Program-made: the position numbers and the translations under genes
The notes under the pieces: model-generated
What the model was told of the DNA's origin: nothing
What the model saw: the letters and a program-made list of their open reading frames with translations, nothing else
Database searches by the model: none
NCBI GenBank assembly: GCA_021735655.1
Contig: JAIPGM010000008.1
Span: 5,922-69,921, forward strand
Source: Candidatus Omnitrophota bacterium
GTDB taxonomy: Bacteria; Omnitrophota; Gorgyraeia; Duberdicusellales; 4484-171
Direction of reading: 5' to 3'
DNA: 64,000 bases
Part shown: in pieces, positions 11,201 through 18,391 of the stretch
How positions within the stretch are numbered: position 1 is the stretch's first letter
Layout: each line of letters starts with the position of its first letter

Positions 11201-11443
11201 GCCGGTAAATTAGTGGTTTTCCCTAAGGATACTTTTAGCTTTAAGTTGTTTTCAAACACCTTGGTTACCTATCATAATCCCAACCGAAGAGATACCTTTG
11301 GCTCAAAAGCCAAAGTTAAGAAAATAGTGGTCAGCTTGGCTGGTCGGAAAGTCACTATTCTTTCAGAGGCTGTGCCCTTTTCTTTGAGTGAAGACATTCG
11401 CCGGGGCAAGGCCGACCAGATCGAGGTTCACCTTGAGACTTGA
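8237..11443 (+). CDS. Large (1068 aa) conserved hypothetical protein; possible glycoside hydrolase/phosphorylase-like (alpha/alpha)6 enzyme
   Basis: KPGWCDSLNG resembles the G-D-W-x-D acid motif of GH94/GH65-type phosphorylases; otherwise unrecognised. Neighbours a GT4 gene. Confidence 0.3.
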   Translation: MSKQYLLDPDGSFHIKDYNQAYPFSNFLPGISGAWGIPLWVFYVNRGQGVVSFGIKNKDHSIAEFFPANKAYSFVSSLGFRTFIKSGSSFYEPFGVHSAQGKAQDMVIKSDSFRIEESNPKLGLKTSVRYFTLSNTPVGGLVRVFTIKNSSKKNISLDVLDGLARIIPFGTTQGFLKEMSRTLEAWMQSSYQRKLAIFRLIVDPRDVSHTKYIEGANFNYSFYETAGKKIHPRIVVDPVEVFNHETSLNLPVNFLSNNFKAVSGKVIRGKTPCAFSHFKWKLAPGQERVLYSIFGSSPQLDPIRKFSLSLSAAFLKAKEKENEQIVESIKQKALTVSNLKSFDHYIQNSYLDNVLRGGYPYCATKNSQDKAKSIYYIYSRKHGDLERDYNNFQVLPTNFSEGEANYRDINQNRRSDLFFEPALLDKNLIYFLNFIKIDGYNPLLVRGEKLRLSKLGAKDLTDKFSIKSIRVSHLLLRGFYLGELFSLLAEEKINLKNRDKFLESLLIKAERKPQGAHTEGYWIDHWHYNLDLIESFLYFYPDRIKSLSLKKEFSFWDDEYRIRPRNRRYVVRSGKVYQGESIEAIKEKRTLVRKRKDYKYFLRTSKGKVYKTNLVTKLLSIILNKSATLDSHGIGIEMEADKPGWCDSLNGLPALFGSSICETLALKRAVEILLKISKSLRTEGTSQVACAYELSSFLKKIKGLLDLPQGKANFDYKFWDKSNSIKEDFRQKTFFTVSGREVKLSLVVLEAFLNKLTKKLDRSIEKAKDKKTGLISTYFTYEVTKYKPCNKYHVFPLAFNKNPLPLFLEGVVHLLRDKGLKSIYQKVKSSELFDKNLKMYRLNASLKDQSLEVGRSRAFAPGWLENESIWLHMEYKYLLELLKNGLYKEFFNDFKSCGVCFFDPKKYGRSTLENSSFIVSSSYPDKDLWARGFIARLSGATAEILNIWALLCLGDRPFFVNREKKLCFSPRPILRGEFFTTKKETVNLAGKLVVFPKDTFSFKLFSNTLVTYHNPNRRDTFGSKAKVKKIVVSLAGRKVTILSEAVPFSLSEDIRRGKADQIEVHLET

Positions 11444-11840
11444 AATCATAACTCATTGATAAACAACATCTTATGTTAGGGGCAAATTTTTAAGAAAAGC
11501 CTTGACAATAGGGTTAATATTTGATAAAAGTTTTATAGGTTGTTTATTTGCAATATCTTACATCAGAAGGCTTTAAAAGATACCCTTTGATGTAGGTTAA
11601 TGGTCTTTGACAGGGTGATCAATTGTTGAAGTTTTCTTATCCTTAATATGTGGCTATAACTAAATTAGGTTATACCGTCCGCGGCAGTCTTAAGCCAGGC
11701 GAAAAAGGAGGTGATGCAAAAAACTTAGAGCCGGAGATTGTCAAAAACAGTGGATGATATAACTATAGATTTGCCAATAACAAGGGTTGAAAACCTTGTA
11801 GTATAGATCATTAGATTTTTAAGAAAAAAGGAGGACGTGA

Positions 11841-13223
11841 ATGAGTAGAAAGTTATTAATCGCTATTGCAGTTATGTCAGTGGCCTTAGTCGGCACTAGC
11901 TTTGCTGCTGTAGAGAATATCAAAGTAAGCGGAGATATCAATTCCCAGGCTGTTGCTAGAGATTTGGGTTTAGGCGGCGCTCCGGGATCACCAGATGGTG
12001 CTACTGATACTCTTAGAGCTGATGGCGAACATTTCTTGTTTTCGCAAGTAAGACTTCGCTTTGATGCTGACTTAACCGAAGGCGTGTCTGCAGTAGTAGC
12101 TTTGATTAATGAGAAATTATGGGGCACAGAGGATTCTTCGACTACTGATGATGTCGATTTAGATTTAGCCTATGTAACTCTAAAAGAGTTTATGTATGAA
12201 CCTCTTACTTTAATTGTTGGTCGTCAAAACCTACGTTATGGTAATGGTTTGATAGTTGGCGATCCTGATACTAATCAGGTTGCTGCTAACAGCGTGGCTG
12301 CTTTTGGTGATTTATCAAAGAAGAAGTCATTTGATGCCATAAGAGCTATTTTAGATTTTTCTCCCTACACTATCGATGTAGTATATGCTGCCATTGATGA
12401 AAATACGCTTTACCAAAAAGATGGCGAAAATCTTTACGGTATTAATGTAGCTTACAGTTGGAACTCTTACAATGGTATCACTGAAGCCTATGCTTTTTAT
12501 CGTGATAGCACTAACAATACTGAAGATATTGAAAATGAAGATGATGTATTGACATTGGGAGTTAGATCTCAAGCAGATGTAAATGATAATTTGACTTTAG
12601 GTCTAGAAGTTGCTCATCAGTCTGGTTCTTATCAAACTGGACTTACACAGACATCAAGTGCCACTGATTCCGTAAAAAGAGATGCTTGGGCAGTTCAAGC
12701 TATTAGTGAGTATAGATTCTTAAATGACTACAATTCAAAAGTAGGTTTAATCTATGCTTATTTAACTGGTGAAGGTCCAACAACTGGCGAAGATGGTGAA
12801 CATAACGGTTGGAATCCAATGTATGAAGATCAAGCTATCGGTGAGTTAGCCAATCTCTTTCTTGCTAACACTGGTTTCCAGTATATTTGTGCTACTGGTT
12901 CAATGATGCCTAGAGAAGATTTAACCATCGGTGGATCTTATCTTTATGCTTATGCAACTGCACCTTTGGCCGCTACTTCTGGTTCTCAGAACTTAGCTAC
13001 AATTACTGGTGCAGCAGGTGGTCCTATAGCTGGTAACGTTTACGATATCGAGCGTAACAATAGAGACCTAGCTCATGAAATTGATGTTTATGCTATTTTT
13101 GATTACACCGAAGATGTACAGATTAACATGAACACAGCATTTTTGTTACCAGGTGGAGCATTTGCCTGGCAAAATAATCAGCCTGCTTACTCTTTAAGAA
13201 TTGGCATGAATGTAGACTTCTAA
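11841..13223 (+). CDS. Outer-membrane beta-barrel protein (porin-like)
   Basis: Signal peptide ...SFAAVEN, alternating amphipathic strands, C-terminal aromatic ...NVDF; strong RBS aaaaaggagga. Confidence 0.55.
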   Translation: MSRKLLIAIAVMSVALVGTSFAAVENIKVSGDINSQAVARDLGLGGAPGSPDGATDTLRADGEHFLFSQVRLRFDADLTEGVSAVVALINEKLWGTEDSSTTDDVDLDLAYVTLKEFMYEPLTLIVGRQNLRYGNGLIVGDPDTNQVAANSVAAFGDLSKKKSFDAIRAILDFSPYTIDVVYAAIDENTLYQKDGENLYGINVAYSWNSYNGITEAYAFYRDSTNNTEDIENEDDVLTLGVRSQADVNDNLTLGLEVAHQSGSYQTGLTQTSSATDSVKRDAWAVQAISEYRFLNDYNSKVGLIYAYLTGEGPTTGEDGEHNGWNPMYEDQAIGELANLFLANTGFQYICATGSMMPREDLTIGGSYLYAYATAPLAATSGSQNLATITGAAGGPIAGNVYDIERNNRDLAHEIDVYAIFDYTEDVQINMNTAFLLPGGAFAWQNNQPAYSLRIGMNVDF

Positions 13224-13249
13224 GTTAGAACAAATTAAGTTTGATAATA

Positions 13250-13286
13250 AACCCCACACCTAATTAGGTGTGGGGTTTTTCTTTTT
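13250..13286 (+). terminator. Rho-independent terminator
   Basis: ccccacacc-taattagg-tgtgggg hairpin followed by tttttcttttt. Confidence 0.8.
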
Positions 13287-13352
13287 AGTCAGGTATTCAA
13301 GCGGCCGCCTTATGGTGCTATTTTTTTAGATTGTTTACATTGCAATATTTAT

Positions 13353-15248
13353 ATGTTATTATATTTAGGGAGACTCATGAAGAAGATATTTTTTTTAATA
13401 TTAATTGTTTTTATTGCTTTAGCTACTTATAGTAATTTGGTTTTTGCCCAAGATAGCCAAACTGCTAAAGAACTTGCCACTGAAGGACTGCTTAAAGAAA
13501 GAATCTCTGCCTTGTATGAAAAAGCAGTTTCTTTTTATAATCAAGATAAACTTAAAGAAGCTGACGAGTTATTGATTAATATTCTTAAGGTTGATCCTTT
13601 GCATGAGGGGGCAAGCCTGTATTTATATGAAAAGATTCCTGACCGTATAGCTAGCCGAAAAGCCCAAGAAAAAGATTTAAAAATACAAGAAGAACTTGCC
13701 CGTAAGAGACCGACAAAGGAAAACATTGATGCGTTATATAAAAAGACAGTTACCTTATATAAGAAGAATGATTTAAATAGAGCTAAGGAGTTTTTTGGTA
13801 AGGTTCTTGAGCTTGATCCAAATCATAAGGGGGCGAAACTTTATCTAGATAAAAAGATTCCCGATAGAATCGAAGCCGAAAAACAACAAGAAAAAGATCG
13901 TCTAAAGAATGCGAATAAAGAAAAAGTAGATTCTTTATATAAAAAAGCTAAAGTTTTTTATGATAATGGTCAACTAGATAGGGCTAGCGATATGTGCTAT
14001 CAAATATTTGAGCTTGATCCTGACCATAAAGGGGCAAAGGTTTATTTGCGCGAGAAGATCCCTAATAAAATTGAGCTGGCTAAGCAGATTGAGGAGCGCA
14101 AAGCCACAGAGTCAGAGCAAGAAGCTGAGACAGAAAGAGAAAAGGCTTTAAAGGAAAAGATTAAGTCCCTTTATAAGCAGGGAGTTTCCTCATACAATAA
14201 AGATGAGCTAGGTTCGGCCAAGTATTTTTTTGGCCAGGTCCTTGAGCTTGATCCTGATAATTCAAATGCCAAGAAGTATCTCCAAGAGAAGATTCCAGAT
14301 AAGATTGAATTATCGGCTCTTGAAGCAAAATATCGTTTAGAACTCCAAAAAGAGGAGGAAATTTCAGAAAGAGCTCGCCAAGAACAATTTGTTAAGGAAG
14401 AAGCTAGGATTGAGGAAACGACTAGAATTTATAAAGAGCAAATTGCTGAAGGTAAAGTCCAGACCATTAATGTCCAAGAGAGCGTAGAGGATATCCCAAT
14501 AGACATTCCAATTGGCGATGAAAAAGATTTAACTGAGATTGAAAATGAGGCTAGTCAGGAGCAGTTTATTAAACAGGAAGCGATTGTTGAGGAGAAAACT
14601 AAGATTTATCAAGAGCAAATTGCTAATAGCGAGGTTTCAGTTCAAGAGGTTCAAGAAGAAGAAAAAAAGCCTATTGAAAATAAACCAGTTGCAGTTAATA
14701 GTGCGATCGAAGAAGAAATACCTATTGATAAATATGCATCGGTTGACAGTAGCCAATATGAGTATCTTGTAAGCACCGGCGATAGCTTAGAGATATCTTT
14801 ATATGGTGAACCGGACATGAAACAGGTAACTAAAGTATCTGAGGAAGGGTTGATAACCTACCCTTTTTTGGGCTCAATTAAGGTGAAGGATCTTAACGCC
14901 AGAGAGATTGAGGAAAAGATTGCTGGTTTATTAGGCGAAGAATATTTTGTAGATCCACAGGTAACGGTTGTAATTAAGGTGCATGCTAAGTTTAATATTT
15001 TAGGAGAAGTGAGGCGACCGGGAAGTTATGAAATTAGCGGCCCAACGACCGTAATCGATGCTATCTCTGTAGCTGGAGGATTTACTGACATAGCCAATAA
15101 GAATGGTGTGAAAGTTGTTAGGAAGGATGGAGATCGAAACAAGGTTATTAAGGTTCCGGTACACCGTATTTTAAAAACCGGCGACAGCTCAAAGAATATC
15201 TACTTAAAGAAAGGGGATACGATCGTAGTCCCTGAATCTTTCTTCTAG
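13353..15248 (+). CDS. Polysaccharide export protein (Wza/Poly_export + SLBB) with N-terminal TPR-like repeat array
   Basis: C-terminal Poly_export/SLBB-like block (ITYPFLGSIKVKDLNAREIEEKIAGLL; SLBB GEVRRPGSYEI...TVIDAISVAGG); four ~58-aa repeats LYKK..ELDPDHKGAK.YL.EKIPD.IE N-terminally. Confidence 0.7.
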   Translation: MLLYLGRLMKKIFFLILIVFIALATYSNLVFAQDSQTAKELATEGLLKERISALYEKAVSFYNQDKLKEADELLINILKVDPLHEGASLYLYEKIPDRIASRKAQEKDLKIQEELARKRPTKENIDALYKKTVTLYKKNDLNRAKEFFGKVLELDPNHKGAKLYLDKKIPDRIEAEKQQEKDRLKNANKEKVDSLYKKAKVFYDNGQLDRASDMCYQIFELDPDHKGAKVYLREKIPNKIELAKQIEERKATESEQEAETEREKALKEKIKSLYKQGVSSYNKDELGSAKYFFGQVLELDPDNSNAKKYLQEKIPDKIELSALEAKYRLELQKEEEISERARQEQFVKEEARIEETTRIYKEQIAEGKVQTINVQESVEDIPIDIPIGDEKDLTEIENEASQEQFIKQEAIVEEKTKIYQEQIANSEVSVQEVQEEEKKPIENKPVAVNSAIEEEIPIDKYASVDSSQYEYLVSTGDSLEISLYGEPDMKQVTKVSEEGLITYPFLGSIKVKDLNAREIEEKIAGLLGEEYFVDPQVTVVIKVHAKFNILGEVRRPGSYEISGPTTVIDAISVAGGFTDIANKNGVKVVRKDGDRNKVIKVPVHRILKTGDSSKNIYLKKGDTIVVPESFF

Positions 15249-15276
15249 CCTTCCGATTTTTAAAATACCTTATCAA

Positions 15277-15999
15277 ATGAAAGAAGAAATTAATATTCCT
15301 TCGAAATTCACTACAAGAGTATTCTTTATGCAGCATATTGCTCCTTATAGCTATGTGAGAAAGTTTTCGGTGGATAAGTTAGTTCTAGACGCAGGCACGT
15401 CAACCGGTTATGGAGCCTTTTATTTATCACAAGTAGCTAAGTTATCTGTAGGTATGGATATTAATCCTGAAGCAATTTGCGAAGCACAGAAAAATTATTT
15501 TAGAGATAATTTGAAATATTTAACCGGTAATGTATTAGAGATGCAGTTTCCAAATGAGCATTTTGATATTATTATTTCATCACAGGTGGTTGAACATATC
15601 GAGCTGGACAAGTTAGATACTTATCTTTCGGAAATTTACCGAGTGCTAAAGAAGGATGGGATATTTTTTGTGAACACCTTAAATTTATTGCGAAATCTTA
15701 AAGGTCGGAGCATCGAAGATTATGATAAAAACCCTCATCACGTAAAAGAATTTAGGTCCGAAGAGCTCAGAGAGTTTCTTTTGAGACGCTTTCCTAGGGT
15801 TGAAATTTTAGGCTCCCGTAGAGGCTTACGTCACAATGTTTATCATCTTTTTAAGAAAAGCGGCATATTTAAAAATGCGCCGGACAGTCTTAATCCTCTT
15901 AAAAGATTTTATGAAAACAAAATCAGCGTAGATGATTTTAGGTATTCATCTTCCAATCTAGATAAGTCTATAGATTTACTGGGTGTGTGCAGAAAGTAG
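15277..15999 (+). CDS. Class I SAM-dependent methyltransferase
   Basis: Motif I VLDAGTSTGYGAFYL, motif post-I DINPEA, motif II FDIIISSQVVEHI. Confidence 0.7.
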   Translation: MKEEINIPSKFTTRVFFMQHIAPYSYVRKFSVDKLVLDAGTSTGYGAFYLSQVAKLSVGMDINPEAICEAQKNYFRDNLKYLTGNVLEMQFPNEHFDIIISSQVVEHIELDKLDTYLSEIYRVLKKDGIFFVNTLNLLRNLKGRSIEDYDKNPHHVKEFRSEELREFLLRRFPRVEILGSRRGLRHNVYHLFKKSGIFKNAPDSLNPLKRFYENKISVDDFRYSSSNLDKSIDLLGVCRK

Positions 16000-16023
16000 A
16001 ATTTATAGCGTTATTTGTCTATC

Positions 16024-16057
16024 AGCCCCGTATCTTTAGAGTGCGGGGTTTTTATTT
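16024..16057 (+). terminator. Probable intrinsic terminator
   Basis: gccccg...cgggg hairpin followed by tttttattt. Confidence 0.45.
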
Positions 16058-16124
16058 ACAAATTAGAGGAATTACCTTATAATTAACTTTTAATATTAAG
16101 TCATTAAATAATCAAGGGGGCTAG

Positions 16125-16451
16125 ATGAAAGATCAAAAATTTTCTCAAGAAGAAATTAAAGATGGTGCGCCGTTTGCAGCGCTTTCCTATGTGGGGATTC
16201 TTTGGATTTTAACTTTTATCCTAAAAAAAGATAATGCTTTTGCCAGATTTCATGCCCGTCAGGGAATAGTTATCTCAGTAGGACTTTTAGGCTCGTTGCC
16301 ATTTTTGACAGTTCCGATTCTTGGTCGGATATTTGGGCTGTTATCGTTAATTTTAGTTGTCGCTTCTATCTATGGAGCAGTACTTTCACTTACTGGAAAG
16401 ACCGATAAAATCTACCTGATAAGCGACATAGCCAAAAGGTTGGTGGTTTAA
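16125..16451 (+). CDS. Small membrane protein (DUF4870-like)
   Basis: Two TM helices; SYVGILWIL and ARFHARQGIVIS motifs. Confidence 0.4.
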   Translation: MKDQKFSQEEIKDGAPFAALSYVGILWILTFILKKDNAFARFHARQGIVISVGLLGSLPFLTVPILGRIFGLLSLILVVASIYGAVLSLTGKTDKIYLISDIAKRLVV

Positions 16452-17162
16452 ATGAAAAAGAAAGCTGTCTCTGAAAAAACAGCCCATTTGAATAAAGGAG
16501 CTAAGACAACCTTTGAAGATAATTTTATCAGTTCAGATACTTGGCGTATTTTTAGGATTATGAGTGAGTTTGTTGATGGCTTTGAAGGTCTGTCTCGAAT
16601 TAAACGTGGGGTAACTCTATTTGGTTCCAAGTGTACTCCTAAAAAACATCCTTATTATAAATGCGCAGTTGATACGGCTTATCTTTTAGCAAAAAATAAC
16701 TATAGCATCATTACTGGTGCTGGAGCCGGAATAATGGAGGCAGCTAATAAAGGTGCAGCTAAGGCCGGAGGAGTTTCAGTTGGTCTTAATATTCTTATTC
16801 CTCAGGAGCAGATGCCAAACCCTTACATAAACTATCTGATGGAGTTTAAGTATTTCTTTGTCCGTAAAGTTATGTTCACTAAATATTCTTATGCCTCAGT
16901 AGTTTTTCCCGGAGGTTTCGGAACTTTAGATGAACTTTTTGAAACCTTAAGCTTAATCCAAGCTCGAAGAATTGAGCCCATACCGCTTATTTTAGTTGAT
17001 GAAGATTATTGGGGTGGTATGCTTAGCTGGATAAAAGAGCGTTTGTTAAAAGGCGGCGCAATCGACCGAAGAGATACTAAGTTATTTAAGGTAGTGAATA
17101 CTCCTAAAGAGGTGCTTTCGTCGATAAAAGAGTTTTACCAAGGTAAAAGAGGCTGGAAATAA
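16452..17162 (+). CDS. LOG-family protein (TIGR00730, cytokinin riboside 5'-monophosphate phosphoribohydrolase-like)
   Basis: GAGAGIMEAANKGA and VVFPGGFGTLDELFE signatures. Confidence 0.8.
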   Translation: MKKKAVSEKTAHLNKGAKTTFEDNFISSDTWRIFRIMSEFVDGFEGLSRIKRGVTLFGSKCTPKKHPYYKCAVDTAYLLAKNNYSIITGAGAGIMEAANKGAAKAGGVSVGLNILIPQEQMPNPYINYLMEFKYFFVRKVMFTKYSYASVVFPGGFGTLDELFETLSLIQARRIEPIPLILVDEDYWGGMLSWIKERLLKGGAIDRRDTKLFKVVNTPKEVLSSIKEFYQGKRGWK

Positions 17163-17166
17163 AAAA

Positions 17167-17466
17167 ATGAAGGGATTTGTTCGTATTTGGAACGAAGTTG
17201 ACCTTCAAGACATTGAAAAGAGCCTTATTGTGGTCGGTGATCTTAGTAGCGAGTGTTTTTGTTGCCACAAATTAGGAATTGAGTTAAAGAGCCGCAACTG
17301 TCCCGATTGTGGGGCATTTTTTAAGTATATGGGCTTTCGTCGGAAGGTCCAACCTAACTTCCTCAAACGGATCAAAGAAGAGCAACCAAGGCTAATTCTG
17401 ATTGATTTTGACGACCTTAAGCGGGCTATCGGCAATCGTGATGCTCGCAAACTTCTTGATATCTGA
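17167..17466 (+). CDS. Hypothetical protein with CxxC...CxxC metal-binding motif
   Basis: CFCCHK...CPDCG cysteine pairs; 99 aa. Confidence 0.3.
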   Translation: MKGFVRIWNEVDLQDIEKSLIVVGDLSSECFCCHKLGIELKSRNCPDCGAFFKYMGFRRKVQPNFLKRIKEEQPRLILIDFDDLKRAIGNRDARKLLDI

Positions 17467-17604
17467 AAAAATTTACAGTCACTCCTTAATCTGCTAATTT
17501 TTTAATATTTTTCATTCACAAACCCTAATTTTTGCGCTAAAATACTGTATAGCATAAGTTTAGTATAACTGCGATAACTGCGATAACTGTTAACAGGAGG
17601 AAAA

Positions 17605-17793
17605 ATGAGTGGTGAAATTTTAACTGTTGGCGATGTCTGTGAATATTTGAAGATACCACGTTCAACCCTTTATAAGCTTTCTAAAGATAAGATTATCCCG
17701 GCTTTTAGGGTTGGTCGGCACTGGCGTTTTCAAAAGGAAAAGATTGAAGCCTGGTTGGAGGGGCAAACTAGCGAAAAGGTTAGTCGGCAATAA
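17605..17793 (+). CDS. Excisionase/MerR-family helix-turn-helix DNA-binding protein
   Basis: LTVGDVCEYLKIPRSTLYKL...FRVGRHWRF is typical of the excisionase-family HTH_17; RBS aggagga. Confidence 0.65.
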   Translation: MSGEILTVGDVCEYLKIPRSTLYKLSKDKIIPAFRVGRHWRFQKEKIEAWLEGQTSEKVSRQ

Positions 17794-17794
17794 T

Positions 17795-18391
17795 ATGTGG
17801 TATTGGGTTTTTAAGCATATATTTTGGATTTTATTCACTGTCCTTTTTAGGCTTAAGGTAGAGGGTTTAGATAATTTACCGCAAAAGACAAATTTTATCT
17901 TAGCGGCTAATCATGCTAGTTTTTTAGACCCGCCTTGTATTATGGCTGGTATCCCAATGAGGGTTTATCCGATTGCCGCAAGACATCTTTATAAGGTAGG
18001 ATTAGTTGGCTGGTTTTTAAGAAAAATAAATGCTTTTTCAGCCGGAGGATCATCAAGCCTGGCAGTTAAACTGTTAATGGAAGGCAAGAATGTTGGTTTA
18101 TCTCCAGAAGGAAAAATCAGTCTTAATGGTCAACTTAATGAATTTAGAAGAGGGGTAGCTTTGTTAGCGGCAAAAACCGGTCGGCCGGTTGTTCCTTGCG
18201 CTATTTTTGGTGCTTACGAGGCTCTTCCTTATGAAGCTAAATTTCCTAAATTATTTTCACCAATTAAACTAAAGATAGGCAAACCAGTGTATCTTTTAAA
18301 GGAGTTTGATGATGAGATTGACCCTATCTATCTGCGCGAAGGTACTTTTAAGATTCAAAATACAATAAAGGAGTTACTTAATGAAGAATAA
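17795..18391 (+). CDS. Lysophospholipid acyltransferase (PlsC-like LPLAT)
   Basis: HXXXXD motif AANHASFLDP; PEGKIS motif. The ORF track starts at 17711, but Met at 17795 avoids overlap with the upstream HTH gene. Confidence 0.7.
   Translation: MWYWVFKHIFWILFTVLFRLKVEGLDNLPQKTNFILAANHASFLDPPCIMAGIPMRVYPIAARHLYKVGLVGWFLRKINAFSAGGSSSLAVKLLMEGKNVGLSPEGKISLNGQLNEFRRGVALLAAKTGRPVVPCAIFGAYEALPYEAKFPKLFSPIKLKIGKPVYLLKEFDDEIDPIYLREGTFKIQNTIKELLNEE

Noticed and set aside
10381-11259. Minus-strand ORFs 10381..10566 and 11002..11259 inside the 1068-aa gene; also 12351..12572, 13541..13726, 20615..20863, 21324..21599, 24983..25195, 26229..26414, 26596..26799, 27749..28006, 29943..30176, 53138..53809
   Set aside because: All are antisense to long, well-supported genes with no independent signals. 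They are typical spurious ORFs in AT-rich DNA.
17711-17794. Upstream extension of the plsC-like ORF (track start 17711)
   Set aside because: The first 28 codons overlap the HTH gene in another frame. A Met at 17795 gives a non-overlapping, typical LPLAT N-terminus.
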